Assembly (NCBI RefSeq): GCF_000150275.1
Contig: NW_002060959.1
Location: 618,371 to 682,370, forward strand
DNA: 64,000 nucleotides
Direction: 5' to 3'
DNA from: Trichoplax adhaerens
Taxonomy: Eukaryota; Animalia; Placozoa
In this document: positions 1 through 13,500 of the stretch, piece by piece
Position numbering within the stretch: position 1 is the stretch's first letter
Layout of the letters: each line of letters begins with the position of its first letter
The notes under the pieces: generated by a model
Databases searched by the model: none
What the model was told of the DNA's origin: nothing
Seen by the model: the letters and a program-made list of their open reading frames with translations, nothing else
Program-made: the position numbers and the translations under genes

Positions 1-609
1 ATAATAGCTATTCATATTTCCTTCCAAAATAGCTTTCTATAACACTTTAGAATCTCATGTTCGATGAAAAGCTACTGTTTCTTAAACAGATAAAAGGTAA
101 GTTTTAATAAACCAGACCTGTACCAAGGATTATTGATATTACAAATTAGCTCTTTTTGACCGATAAAATATTATCCCTACGGTAAGATAAACATAATTTG
201 TCGGTTTATCGATTTAATAAGTATATTAAATGTTAATAATATAAGTATTTATGTATGTGAAATAGAAAATTAATATAAAAGCTACTACGAAAAAATATTC
301 TATAATAAAGTCAAAAACTTAAGCTATATCGGGTAAATTATAATTAAATACATTGATTAGACTACTAAAATAATTTTTCCAGCAAAATCCCCATTTACGT
401 GGCAGCAAAAAAAAAATTGATATATAAAATCGTACATTAAATAATTGGCTTATAAACCATTTTAGTAAGGATATTTTAGGGTAAGTGCTTAAATCGGTAT
501 GACAAATAAAATATTTCTTCATTTCCAAAACTCTAATGAAGTTCTTACCTATATCCAGTGAAAGTACTTCCATAACATTCATGAATAGTCACGTCAATTA
601 ACGCAAACC

Positions 610-2613
610 ATGAGTAAAATGACAACTTTTGACTGGTTAGGTAAGGTACTGCTTTGTTTAGGCTAAATTAGCGGCAATTTCAAAGCGTTTATTTGTCGAA
701 GTAATTTGTTAGCAAACAACTTTAAAGTAATGTTAGCGATTTCGAACCACATTAACCATTAAATGCAGTCGTTCAAGTTTTCAAATTGAATCAATACTTC
801 CACAACAATTAACCAATTATTCGTAATTCATTACATAGTCTCTATTAATCCATTATGTGATATAGTAATCATCTTTCGACAACAAAGTTGAATTTCTACT
901 ACGGAAATATTTCTTTTGCAACATTTTTATTCACTAATTACTGAAGTTACTTAAAGTTATATTGTTGCCTATTCTACTAGTGAAAAGAGCATGGCAATAG
1001 TAATTTTACTTGCTTTAAAAAAATTTAAAATGTCAGATGTTACAATATTTAGAATGATAAATTAACGTTGGTATACCTCGATGGCGAAAAGTTTTTCTGA
1101 AACATGAAGAAAAAAATAACTGTTAGAGTAATAAGTCTAACAATTAAACATAAAATTTCAGCAAACTTGCTTGGATACAATGAGAAACGTGGAAAATAAA
1201 TCATCGATCATAATTATGAAGGTGAATTCACCTTCGAAATGTATAAAGCGATCTGCACGATTGATTCCTAAGGGATTCTAATTTAAACTTGCATATCAGA
1301 ATTTTAGTTACTTATATTTTAGTTTCAATAAAATTCTAATGTAGATATCACTCATTGTAAAGATTTAATTTGAACTTTACCACATTTACTTTTACCTAAT
1401 TTAATTCTCTGTTGGTGTGAATACTTGCAACAACTTAAAGTATTCCTTATTTTCTTTAGCAGCTATAAAAGGAAGTAAAAATAATGGTGTTGAATATTAT
1501 AATTATTTAAGAAACTTGACTGGAAACATGGGCCAAGTTGCTGCTAATTGCGGTCTCCTAGATCAACTTACTATTTGCCAGATAGCTACTAGGGGAAATA
1601 TATTTCATCATATTAATGAAGTTAGGCATCACTTTGGCGAATTAATGAGTAACTTATTTCTCTTAGTAAGATTAATATCATTCGTAATTTATTTACATGC
1701 TTCTTATGCCATCCAATCATTTAATCTATTAAAGTTTCTCATCGTACTTATTTTTGCCCGTAAACTTCACGTTGTAGTAGGCACTAGTATAGATATTGTA
1801 GGCAATAAATTACAGTCAAATGTTACAATAACGTCTCTTGCTGCTACGAAATAAATTGAAATCTAGCATTGGATTTGTTGAAAATTAACCAGGTGGCTAC
1901 CTTTCTGGCATTTAGATTAAAGGTCTAAAAAATCCGAAATGCGACGATCAGTCCCATAACATATCCGATACTGCTCTAAATTTAAATTTTAATAAGAAAA
2001 TTTTTTGATTTACAACCATGATCTTCTGTTTGTACTGTAAGTAAACTTCGTAAATTTGGGCAAACTACGATTCAATCAAAGTAGGGCATTCATTTTCTCA
2101 CACGTACGCTATACATATTATCGATTTCAAGAATAATTGCATCAGTTTGGGAGAAAGGTTGAAGTGCATTAAATTTATTTACCAGGCATAATATAAGAAG
2201 TATGAGTACTGCATTGATCATGATCTGCACAGAAGCAGATTGCTTAGTTGTCATTATAAGGGTTAAATTTATTAATTTATTACTGAATTATAATTGACAT
2301 CACTGATATAAATAGTATAGCAAAAAATTAGGGATTGATACAACGCAGTATAATGACGCAGCATAAAGTATTTATTCTAAGTTTTTAGGATCTTCAGGAT
2401 TATTTTTTATTAATACGCCTACGTGCAAATTAAAATGATAATTCATACTTTTTTTATTGCATGATTCTGGTATTGTTCATACTAATTCGTTGGATTATAA
2501 TATAGATTGCGTTTATATCATGGATTTGCAACCCTCCAAAAGAAGCGGAAAACGAGCTTTTCAATGGAAATGACATCCAGGCTAGCAACCTTATGAATGA
2601 CATCGAATCTTAG
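610..2613 (+). pseudogene. Paralog 1 of the secreted helical (cytokine-like) family, decayed. Exon remnants: e1 610-640, e2 ~1001-1221, e3 ~1460-1665, e4 remnant ~2333-2390, e5 2506-2613
   Basis: e1 ATG...TTAG|GTAAGG (phase 1). e2 fragments VILLALK / NMKKKITVRV / QTCLDTMRNVENKSSIIIMK|GT align with paralog 3 (VILLISLK / NIKEKISLTV / DFCENSLRDVEYRSPIILMK) but need frameshifts and cross stops. e3 YLRNLTGNMGQVAANCGLLDQLTIC...HFGELMSNLFLL|GTAAG is open. The e4 remnant CAACGCAGT has lost its Cys and carries a TAA. e5 IAFISWICN...SNLMNDIES* matches paralog 3 e5 (FTHWICQ...CNMINDT). Confidence 0.75.
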
Positions 2614-2705
2614 TATTACCGAAAATTAAAATATTTGCCAATAACTAAGCAAATTGCGAATAAAACTGTTACCTTACCTCTTTCTTAACCAATATAATTT
2701 GAGGC

Positions 2706-3255
2706 TGTAATGAAACTAGTATTGTGATTGTAGACTGTTAGCCATGTGTAGTATAATGTACGGTAGATGTTTATCCTAAGAGATATTTGGTAGCTATAAC
2801 TATAGACTGTAGTGGTATAGACTCTATGCTAGAGTACATATGACTATATACAGTAAGGTGTTGAGTTATTAATAAGGCTATAGGTAAAAATAGAACTGTA
2901 AATCTTACATTAGGATATGGTTAATTCATTGTACTTTGGCTGGTGTGAATAATGTCTACGTAAGTACTGTAGTCTTATCCATATTGGATTAATGATGGTC
3001 CGCAGTAGAATTGTGTTACTAAGAATAATTTACTATGTGTAAAATAAGGTAAAAGGTTGCCATGCAGATTGTAGCTGCGAATGCTACGAAAAGTATAAAA
3101 GCATGCAACTTTAGATTATTCTGTTAGTTCGTTCTAGATGTCTTTAGTAGTAGTATTAGGCTAGTGTAGAGCTGTGCGTAGTTAATCTTTGTATAAGATT
3201 CAATAAAACCCTTGTTTTTCTAAAATTTGGAATCTCGTGATCGGTATATATCACA
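2706..3255 (+). mobile_element. Solo LTR family A, copy 1
   Basis: TGTAA...TCACA, internal TATAAAA and AATAAA, flanks GAGGC/GAAGC; related copies elsewhere in the window. Confidence 0.85.
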
Positions 3256-3563
3256 GAAGCAGATAGATTAGGCAAGCTAGGCCGACTCTTTGAAAGTAAA
3301 TGAAGTATTACAGTTATGACATGATGGCAGCAAATAAATCCGATTTTGAATATCCTAGTATTTTACAAAGCTAAATTAAAGGACTGCTGAAAATAGTGTT
3401 AACAGCACATCTCTCTTATTTTCAAAGTGGCGTAAACTAAAAATTTATAAATCAATAAAAATGCATAAAGCAAGTCAGTAATTCATGCCAAATGTATAGG
3501 TTTTTCATAAAAAATTTTTAATATAACAGAGATTTTGTCCAGCGTAAATTCAGATAATGGTCA

Positions 3564-4592
3564 TGTGATAAAATCCGATCAAGAAAATTCGAATTTGTAG
3601 AAAATTAGAACTTTTATTAGATCTAATGTGATGGAGGGTTCGATATCTCAGAGGATTGAGATTTAGTCGCCATTTACAATTATTACAACAATGGGTTTAT
3701 AAAAGTTATGCATTATTGTAGGTTAGTAATGTGAAGTACAGTGAGGTAGTTACGGTAGATCAGCGTGCAAGCTGTCGTGAGTAACGAGTAGAAGTATTAG
3801 ACTGTGAGAGACTACCAAGAAGACTAACTGAGAGGCTAATGAACTCTGAGATAGAAATCGCCGGTATTTATAGTTTTAAAGATAGAGCACATGCAGAGAA
3901 TAGGATTGTGGAATTAGATACAACATATACCATAACAGGTTACAAAATAGCAGATGATTGTAGAAAACAGCGAGTACCGTAATAACTAAATACAGTAGTC
4001 TATATATGAATGTAGAGTAAGCGGACTGTAGATCTGTCTAAATATAAGAGCAATACAACATGTCTATATTCAAGAGTAGAATATAGTTACAGTATATTCT
4101 AAATACACTACATGTAATACAAAGATTAGCTACACACAGCTCTACTCTAGACGAATGTAACCACTAAAAGACTTCTACAAAGAACAGTCAGATATTCTAA
4201 TATCGCTTGCTTTTTATATTCTCCCTAGCTTTGTAGCTACAATAAGCATAGCAGCATTTTACCTTATTTTACATATAATCATATTATTACTAGCAACACG
4301 ATTTTACAGCGGACCATCGTTAATCCAATACGGAAACAATTACAGTATTTGCATAGACATTATTCCTACTACTCAAAGTACAATGAACTAACCATATCCT
4401 AACATATGACTTACAGTTCCACATTTTATTTCTAGCCTTACTATTAGCTCAACATCCTGCTGTATATAGCTATCTGTCCTTTAGCATATAGGCTACCATT
4501 ACAGTCTATAATTAAGAGCTACTGTTAGCGATAACGATATATCATACTAAACATGGGTATAGTCTACAATCACAATACTAAGTTACTTTATA
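3564..4592 (-). mobile_element. Diverged family A solo LTR interrupted by a nested LTR
   Basis: 3564-3626 and 4113-4592 align to the reverse complement of family A; flanks GGTCA/GGCCA. Confidence 0.75.
3627..4112 (-). mobile_element. Solo LTR-like insertion nested in a family A copy
   Basis: TGTGA...CTACA, flanks TCTAA/TGTAA, minus-strand TATAAATA; host sequence is contiguous once the insert is removed. Confidence 0.7.
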
Positions 4593-6245
4593 GGCCACTT
4601 CTAAGAATCTGCATATATTGATAAGTTCCCTAATAATATAATCATTTAGAACTAGTGGCGGTGTGAAAATATCTAGCAGGCAAGATTTCATGAAGCCAGA
4701 AAGAAGAGCATCATTCAAATAGCAATTGAATTGAAATGAGACTAAGTAGTGTTCACGTTATCAATTCCCTTTGATATCGTATTGTAAGAATCGCAAAAGA
4801 ACGAATCTAATATTTTCAGAGTCTTATATTTTTACTGCAACTTTATGCCAATACTCATATAGCATAAACACGTAGTTGTCCTTAAATCCATTGCAATATC
4901 CATCGTCATCAAGTAATATGGAATGTAGTTTTATTATCAGCCGCTAATTTATCGCGCTGCGACTACTTTAAATGAAATAGAATTGTATAATTTTCGAAAT
5001 TAAAATAGCAATGCCATGATTTCTGTTACCTAATCTGCTGTAATAGACATCATATTATTACCTGGTAATACGTTATACGCTATAATTTTTTTTAAGTCAT
5101 CGATGTATTCCTTTCAAATGTCAAGCAAATCGGTATACCGAATTACATTTAAATCTTACCGCCTTTTCCCTATATCATGTAACCGATAATTGATATGGAC
5201 GTATAATTAATGCACTTAAATTAGTTTTACGTCCCTGCAACGTCATGAAATACGATATGATAACAAGAAATTTAATTTATTAAAAGAAATATTTTAATTG
5301 CGCTTCAGTCGCCCACTTCGAAGGAAATGGATAGCTTGGACAATTATCCAAACAAAACTTTTTATTCGTTAATGAGATTATCTGACGATAACTGCATTTA
5401 GTGATTTGAGAATTCAAACTGTTTCTTGGCTAGAATTTGATCAACGATCATTATCTTAGCTATCTACGCGACTGTTGTGTAAATAAAAGATTTTACGGGA
5501 ATTAGCTCATATATTTCTTAATCGACCGAAAATCTCCCGTTAAGTTCATGATTTTGCCAAGATAACTCAAATTGCCGCTGCTACGTATGAGCCATTACCA
5601 GAAGTTTAATAACGCGTATTTTGTAAGCCAACGTCAAATGAAATATTTTAATCTCCCTCGCTTTCAATTTACAACAATGGCATTAACCTTTGTGTAAAGC
5701 AACAATATTAATCTTTTTATTATTTTACATATTCAACTTAACATTTTAACAAGATTCCATTGTGAAGCATTTTCAGAATTTTGGCAGTAAGATAAGAAGG
5801 ATGCTAGTTATCATCACCGGCTAAATCTTGAAAGGGTATTTCCGTTTACCAATGTCAATAAATTAGTTACAGGTATATCTTCGTAAATTAATAATAATGA
5901 ATTTTTAAAGCTGATGATACCCATAATAGTTACTGACTTGCATATTTTTTGGATTTTTTATTATTAAATGGTGCAAAGCAGTTTTCTAAAACGGATCTTA
6001 AATACTCAAACGTTATGATTAATAGAGCAACTTTCGTTTTTCTTTCTACTAAGTAGCGGAGAAATCGGCTAAAATATCGAAATGAAGTTATAAGCACAAT
6101 TAACTGATTCATCCGCATAAATTTAAAGATTGCGGCCAATACAACCAACTACTTAGTACAATAAATCTTTAACGATATTGCCAGTAATTTAATAAATTTG
6201 AAATTGAATGAGATAAAAAATCAGCACCTAATTTAACAAACCATT

Positions 6246-6620
6246 TTAAATACTCTAACTGCTTTATAATGAAAGATGTCAAAGGTGAAGAAAATAACTA
6301 AAACAAAACATCTATTCAATGCAATAATTCTGTAGCGATATCATCAGTCATTTCATATATTTGAAACTGAGAGAAATAAAAGTCAGTAATTTAATACGTC
6401 TTATTTAGCAGTTCAGCTGCTGTATAATGTAGCACGCCTTCTTAAATACTCCAACTGCTTTAAATAATAAGAACTGTCAAAGGTGAAGATTATAACTAAT
6501 ACAAAGCATCTATTCCATACAATAATTCTATAATCATATCATCAGTCATTTTATAAATTTAAAACCGAGGGAAGTCAGTAATTTAATACGCCTTATTCAA
6601 CGTTACAGCCGCTATATAAT
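6246..6620. repeat. Diverged tandem duplication, ~196-bp period, 2 copies
   Basis: TTAAATACTCYAACTGCTTTA...GTCAAAGGTGAAGA...TCATCAGTCATTT...AAGTCAGTAATTTAATACG occurs at 6246 and 6442. Confidence 0.8.
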
Positions 6621-6794
6621 AAGAGATGTCAAATTTTCAATGCAGGCAACGACGTAGAGTGACTGTGCAAGCTTTTGTGTTACTACTATATTAAAGCTAT
6701 TGAAAGGTGTTTACTCGCAATTTCTTATTATTTATGTTTGTGTTATAATTAGAAACATTGCAAATTTATTTTTATTAACCTAACAAAACCATGT

Positions 6795-7200
6795 CTTAAC
6801 CGATAACTACCCATGAGTAATTTTTATTTACACTCGCTTACAAAATAGCATTTATCATAATGTGAGTAATGAAAATAATAAAAGTCATTGGTAAAATCAT
6901 TGCAAGCCTACTAGTTCTGCGATGATTTAACCAATAATAACCCGTAAATTATCTCTTCATATTTACTTGCATACGGAATAGCGTCTATCATTATGCGAGT
7001 AACGCAAATCATGAAAGTCATAGGTAAAAATTGCTGAAAGTTTACTAATTCTGTAATATTTTAACCGATAACAACCAATAAGTAAACTCTCCGTTTGTAT
7101 ATCATTGATACGCTTGTATACTGAATAGCGCCTATTATGCAAGAGTTAAAAATTATAAACATCACAGGTAGAAACCGTTGAAAATTCACTAACTCCGAAC
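6795..7200. repeat. Diverged tandem repeat, ~130-135-bp period, 3 copies
   Basis: TTAACCRATAA..ACC...AATAGC...GGTAAAA motifs recur near 6797, 6927 and 7061. Confidence 0.7.
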
Positions 7201-8269
7201 TTAATAAGGAATAAAGGCTACAGCCGACTCTATCATTTCACTCTGTTGAGAACAATTACTTTATTATCATACTATCAGTCGATATAGAATTTCCAGCTGT
7301 AGTTTGCTAAGAATTCTATTTTATCAGGTGATACTTCCCTACCTGTCTTGTAAATGACATGCCACATTTCTAAGTTCATATTATTTGTAGTAAATGTAAT
7401 ACCTTAAATTAGTATCATACTGCTATGTAAACTACGTGTTAAAGTATAGCTATGCTATATGTACTTAATTTAGAATTAATTTATTCCAACAGAAAGAAGA
7501 ATGATGGCTCCTCCCTTAGTAATCAGTAGGCCTGCTAATCATGTTGCTGTATTGTTTTCATTTAATTCTATGAAATCTTTTTCATATCTATTGCTAGGAA
7601 AGAAATAAGTATCTATATAAAATAGATTTAAAATTCATTAGCATACCCCAAAGCTAATAAAATAAAAGTTTATACTAACAAATACACTATTTGCTATATT
7701 TTTGTGATTTATACTGTAATTTAAGTATTAATAATGATTTTTGTCTTTACGTTGTCTTGAAACGACTATGCAAATATATTGATTTTCAGATAAATATCCA
7801 TCAAGCTCTAAGCAATCATCATTGATATTGACTTCAAACTTCATAATTTAATTACAGTTTAAATTATTATAACTATTTCAAATTTTCATTTAGCATTAGA
7901 TTAAACTATTTTGACTGAAGATGGACTTATTAGTTTGAGCCATAACACTTCGGAGTCAGCACTGGTTAGAAATTGTAGATAAGACGATATAAGCAACGTG
8001 CTAGTAAAATTCTGATTTCTATTAAACAGAATTTGATCGATAATAATATATATACACAAAGTTTAATTTTTCAAGTCGTCATAGTCTACCGTTTGTACTT
8101 ATATAAAGTAAGTTTCCGAAACCTAAGAAAATAACAACATGTCAAATTGTAGAATCAAAGCTGTAGTCAGCATAGTTTAGCAATTACAGGGTAATTCAAA
8201 GCAATGACAAATATGCATATTTCTCAAGCAAAAATCAATCCAAAATAGATCATCTCGATCTACTAATAA

Positions 8270-8640
8270 AGTATAAAAGATTATTGCGACTCTATGATGC
8301 TTCAAATATGCTGAAAAACACAGAATCAACTCAAAATGCGTAGGACAGACCACTATAGTTTCATTTCTTGGAAATAAATAAAAAGCTAAGACGAATCCCT
8401 AAAAAATAGCACTGGAGAGTTTCAATTCTGGCCAATGGGATTCGATCATGACTCATTTGACATATACAGGGATAGATATGATAAAATTCGAGGATTTGCT
8501 ATTGTACCGAAAAGAAGCGGACAAACCATTTTTCCCATTATTTTTTACGCATTTAAATATTGAAAAAGACGCTATTTCATTTCATTAAACGATATTGAAT
8601 TTTCAAATTAAATTTAGTCTGCAATTGCTCAGTGGTCTGA
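8270..8640 (+). pseudogene. Possible highly decayed intronless relic of the cytokine-like family
   Basis: QWDSIMTHLTYTGIDMIKFEDLL aligns ungapped to paralog 3 QSEKILSNLTYNIGKIIMTGGLL (8/23 identical). Upstream KDYCDSMM resembles SDFCENSL; IKF lies downstream. Several stops and frameshifts. Confidence 0.3.
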
Positions 8641-10135
8641 TAGTGTAGGATATATAATTACAGTAAGCGTAATTCCCACGTTTTTGACATAGCACAAAAA
8701 GACTTGGTTTCCATTTTTAATGTTATAATATATTTTAAAATAGCTTCGGCATAGAAACATGGAAGACAAATCAATTATAGGCGTAAATCTCTTCCACACT
8801 ATTGTATGCCTCTATTGCAGAATAACCTACTCACTACTGTTTAAAATCTATTAGACTATTGTTGTCTGGCGTGATGAATTACAATAACTTGCCAAATAAG
8901 GATTACATATTCTTACTTATTTGCGTATAAATTGTAAAACTTATTTAATAAAACTATCAATACAATCAATAATTTCACTTTTTTACTAATAATTATGCGT
9001 GAAGCTTAATTACTTATGGCGTCATTTGGTATAGGTAACGAAGCTATCGATCTGAAAGTGTTGATTTAGGTAATCAAATCATGTGATGTAAATTAAATAG
9101 ACTTAAGGTAATCTCTATTATCCTATCAATCTCTGACGTTACTTCATTCAATTTTGTTTTATATTGCTAGATAGTAATTATTTTACATTAACAAGCCTAC
9201 AACTATCAACAGCTTTTTACTAAGTATATTCCAATTTTTATGAACATTTATGTTAGACAACAACTACAGCATAACTAAGCTCCATAGGTAATGAAATCAC
9301 ACTATTGCGAAATGAATTGCATCTCACCATAAACTCTGTGAACGAAGAGGTACGTAGGGCTAGTACTATAATTGCTAATGGGAATTTGCTAAATCATGCA
9401 GTATTATGATTTGCCTACTGAGGCACTTATAATTAATTCACGTTAATGTGCTTTGGATATCGTAATAACAGGGAAGCAAATATATAATAAGCTAAAATAA
9501 CAACTTGGCAACTAATTTAAATCATCTATAACTAATAGCATTGCAGCCTACATCTGGTGATATATATTAGTATGTTAAAGTAGTTCTTTCTTCAGTTTTC
9601 TTGTTACATAGATAATAAAAAATATTCAGTGACGCACAAAACACGTCACATATACATCTGCTAATCAATAAATCAACAAACCATCAATACCAGATCTCAA
9701 CTCGAACTACCTAACTTGGTAAATAAAATTTGTTCTGACAATGTTTAGGCGCCTTTGAACCTTAAATTTTAATCGGAAATGCGATATCTTGATACCACGC
9801 TTAGGTAGAGGCTATATTATTACGCCTACTGCTAGCATAATTATGTCTTCAATGTCAATAACAAAGATGCAATTCCAAAAATAGCTGCAACAGTAGTTTA
9901 ACGTCTTAATTGAAATCTACTCCATTTCCAATACTTTATTCCGGAAAAAAGATGAGGTATTAAGGCAGTCATCATGATAAAATGAACGTGTATCAATTTT
10001 AAATCTGGCTAAACAAGCGCACTCATATTAGTAGATGCTATTTTCATTACTTGTAAATTACATTTTGCGGACAATGTTTCACAATTTGCAACCTACAGAC
10101 ATCTGTATGAATTACATGTGTTCCTTTGTATATAG

Positions 10136-10566
10136 CGTCCGTCAGAAAATTACTTTGTGATAATTAGTAACACTTTATTGCTTTCAAGTTGCATCTTGCA
10201 GAAAAATGTTTATTATTTGCAATCTATAGAAATGATTGCAGGTATTTTTATGAAGATAGCGAGAGCCAGAGAAATTACCTTACTGTATTTAGTGCTATTG
10301 TCATTTCTAAATTCAAACCAAATAATTGTGATACAAGCGTAATTAGGTTAATAATTATCACTTGGTATTCAATTTGACACAATCAAACGGAGAATTTCTT
10401 TCTTCTAATATCAGCCAAGCTTGTGTACCCTTGTTTTGCCTATTAATTATTTGCATTAGGCATATTTAGTTTTCCCTAACTGATATACAATCAATTATCA
10501 CTATCAATTAATATTCTGGAAGAAGCAGTAGTTTCCAGTGAATGGCAAATTACAGAGGATATATAA
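10136..10566 (+). pseudogene. Possible decayed intronless relic of the cytokine-like family (exons 3-4-5 contiguous)
   Basis: One frame reads RNDC...VISKF-KPNNCDTSVIRLII...*HNQTENF...VYPCF...LIYNQL..INILEE. This is collinear with spliced paralog 2 (RNC...LIKF-LYPYRCHEYIARRLL..HHQTGNY...C...YLFNELEE). In-frame stops present. Confidence 0.4.
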
Positions 10567-13500
10567 GCGGGGATATTTTGTTAACAAAATTAAATTACCA
10601 GAGAAAACGCAGCAATATCTGCTTTCCAATAGCGAAATCAATTCACCAATACCAAAGCAATAAAACATTCAGAAAAATGCGCGGTTACTATGCAGGTACT
10701 GAAAAATTCAATAACTGTAGCGGATTTCGAGCATTGGTGTAAAAAATTTTAAATATTGTTATCATAACATTTACAATAGTAATCCATGTCTACTCTTAGA
10801 TGTAAAAATATATATGTAATAGCAAATAATAAGAAAATAGGTTTACTTTTAATTTATTTAGTAAAGCTGAGTTAAACTATTAATCTGACTTTCATTATTC
10901 TGGGGCTGCGTAAGACCTTAATATTACATAGTATGTCTGAATTTCTAACAATTACTAAAATTTTTAGTCGATTGCATAGTTTGAACCGTAGATAAAATCT
11001 TGGTACAATTACGCTATGCAGTTCCTCCTTAATAATATTACCACGCCGCCATATTGCAATATTAACAGTCGTTTAAAGTGATTAGCTTTCATAATGCATG
11101 ACAATTGTATGTTTTTCGATTCAATTTTAAGATACACATTAATTTCATGTCTAAAGCCATGATAAACATGTACCTTTTCCACGTTTATCTTCTATGAAGG
11201 GCAACAAAAATAGAGATTGTTATGCTGCATTCTTCAATAAGTTAGAATGAAATTCGAACTTTTATGTTACTCGGGAACATTAACAGACAAATGTAGTATG
11301 ATACTAAGAGCTATATTTTAGCTTTACTTGAACTAATTACCGAATTTTTTTCTAAAATTTTAAGTTATAAGTAAAATATATTACAATTATCATCATGAAT
11401 AAAATAATACTGTGACCTTTAACTTGTAACTAAATCCAATAGTATACTTTACACGCTTTTTAATCAGGAAGTAGGATTCAATACTTACACAATACAGAAT
11501 GTTATTAAACAATTATCAATAATACCTAGCTTAGCAAATGTATTCATTCCCGATTACGTCATTTACCAAATTTGATCTAAAGAATAGGCAAATTTAGGTA
11601 ATAGCCGGTATGCGTAAATTAATTATCTTAATTAATATTGGAATACTGGTCACTGCCTCTAAGACATTGAAATTTTTAGAAGACTAAAATAATTACAAGC
11701 GAACTACTACATTCGTTTTATATCATAGCAGTTTAAATGCTTAACTTTGCTAAAAGATTGTCAGATTTACTCGATTAAGTATAACATTATGCCGTTACTG
11801 CGCATTATATTTTCACCGTCTAATTGATACCGTCTATAATAAGGTGAAATTAATTAAGTATTAAACTAATTAGCGCTTTAGTTGATTAATCGATATTCGA
11901 AACTAGCGAAGCTTTATGGAAAGTAAATCACTAAATTGTGCTAGGTATCTCACTTGCTGGATTCAGTCTGAAGACATGCACTATTACCTAGCAGCTATGC
12001 ACTTTTCAAGAATGTAATATGAAGTTTTGGAATTTGAAGTACTGTAGTGTATTTCAAAAGATTATATCGACATAGCATAATAGAGTTCATAAATCGTCCC
12101 TCACATTAGTTGGCTGTATTGTTACGTGTTCACCAATTTGGCAAGAAAGTACAGATAATATTATCAGCCACATTTTGATTAATATTTACCGTTTAGAAAC
12201 AACAGAATAATTTATGATGCTGTTTAAGCATCATCAATTAATGTTAGCTGAGTAAAGTTGCTCCTTACAATTCAAAAAGTTTTATAAAACCATAATATAA
12301 GCTGTTACGGCACCAAGTTGCCTAAATTTTAGAGTTTAAGAAAGTATTGTTACAGACTGTGTTTCAGTATTATAGTACAGGAAATGCTAGGATATATTGT
12401 ACTCATGACTGTAGGAGTTAACATCCTATATTAAATCAATATCACTCTAGCTTTATTCGAAAAATGAAAGCTTTGAACGATATTTGTAATGTGATACATT
12501 TATTGGCCAACAAGAATTTACGATTACGTCCATAATTTATATAAGATTATTCTTTATAAATAAGTTTATCTGTTTATCTAATTATATCATTAAGGTATAT
12601 CTGGTATTTCTTTGTTAAGATAAACTGTCATTTACGATTTTTTATTGGTTTAAATCAGTTGATTTTGAAAGAGAACAGTGAGTAGTGAGTTATTAAATAA
12701 AGCTGTTTTGTAGATTACAGTACAGGGTGTCTACTAGTGGTGAGCCTTTTAGAAGGGTAGCCCTTAGGCGTTGTAGTAGTAGTACTATATTCTTACTAGA
12801 TCTTTCGGCAGATAAGGTAGTAACCTGTAGAAGCAACTCAAAATAAGTGCTTTACATTAGACTTAAATAGCTAGAATTAAAATACTCAATTAGGCAACAA
12901 ATCTTTGAAAATAAATAAAAAAAAAACCTATAGCGACGAAATCGTGGAATAATTGCAACTATTGAGTTAAATTTCATATCAATTTTTGATTTACTTAAAC
13001 ATTTCACTGTTCCCAACATACCAAGTAAATCTGGGAAAATACCACGTGCGATTTGCAACTTACTAATCCTCAAAATCTTTCACTGTGCCAGATTTAGGAA
13101 ATATCACTAGAAAGTAAGAAGTTACTTTCGTTTAATCTGAATCTTCGGTATTTTTTCAATACTTAAATGAATCAACATGGAACTCATCCATGTACATTCT
13201 ATTACTCATTTTATTTCAAGATATCTATTAGCGTGTACAGCATAGTACTATATTCCCGAATTAGGCATCTAACAAGGACATTGATGAGGTTAAACTTCTT
13301 ACTATAGTTGAATAAACCAGCAACTTTTCTACTTTGGTTAATTGTAGACTTGAAAAATTAATGCATTGATAAAACTTTATGCATCCAATTGTTTACATCT
13401 GAAGTTGATGGTGCACCAGATTGTATATGCAAATCACTATTTAAGATATTTATTATAGTTAAAAAATTAGCAGTATGAGTGTCTGGAAGCAGTCTCAATA

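Noticed and set aside
57-96. ATG...AAAG|GTAAGT phase-1 block as exon 1 of paralog 1
   Set aside because: 610-640 is closer and fits the 22-31-nt size; this block may belong to something upstream and cannot be resolved here.
1417-1854. 145-aa single-exon ORF as a standalone gene
   Set aside because: It is exon 3 of paralog 1 plus intronic read-through; homology stops at the GTAAG donor at 1666.
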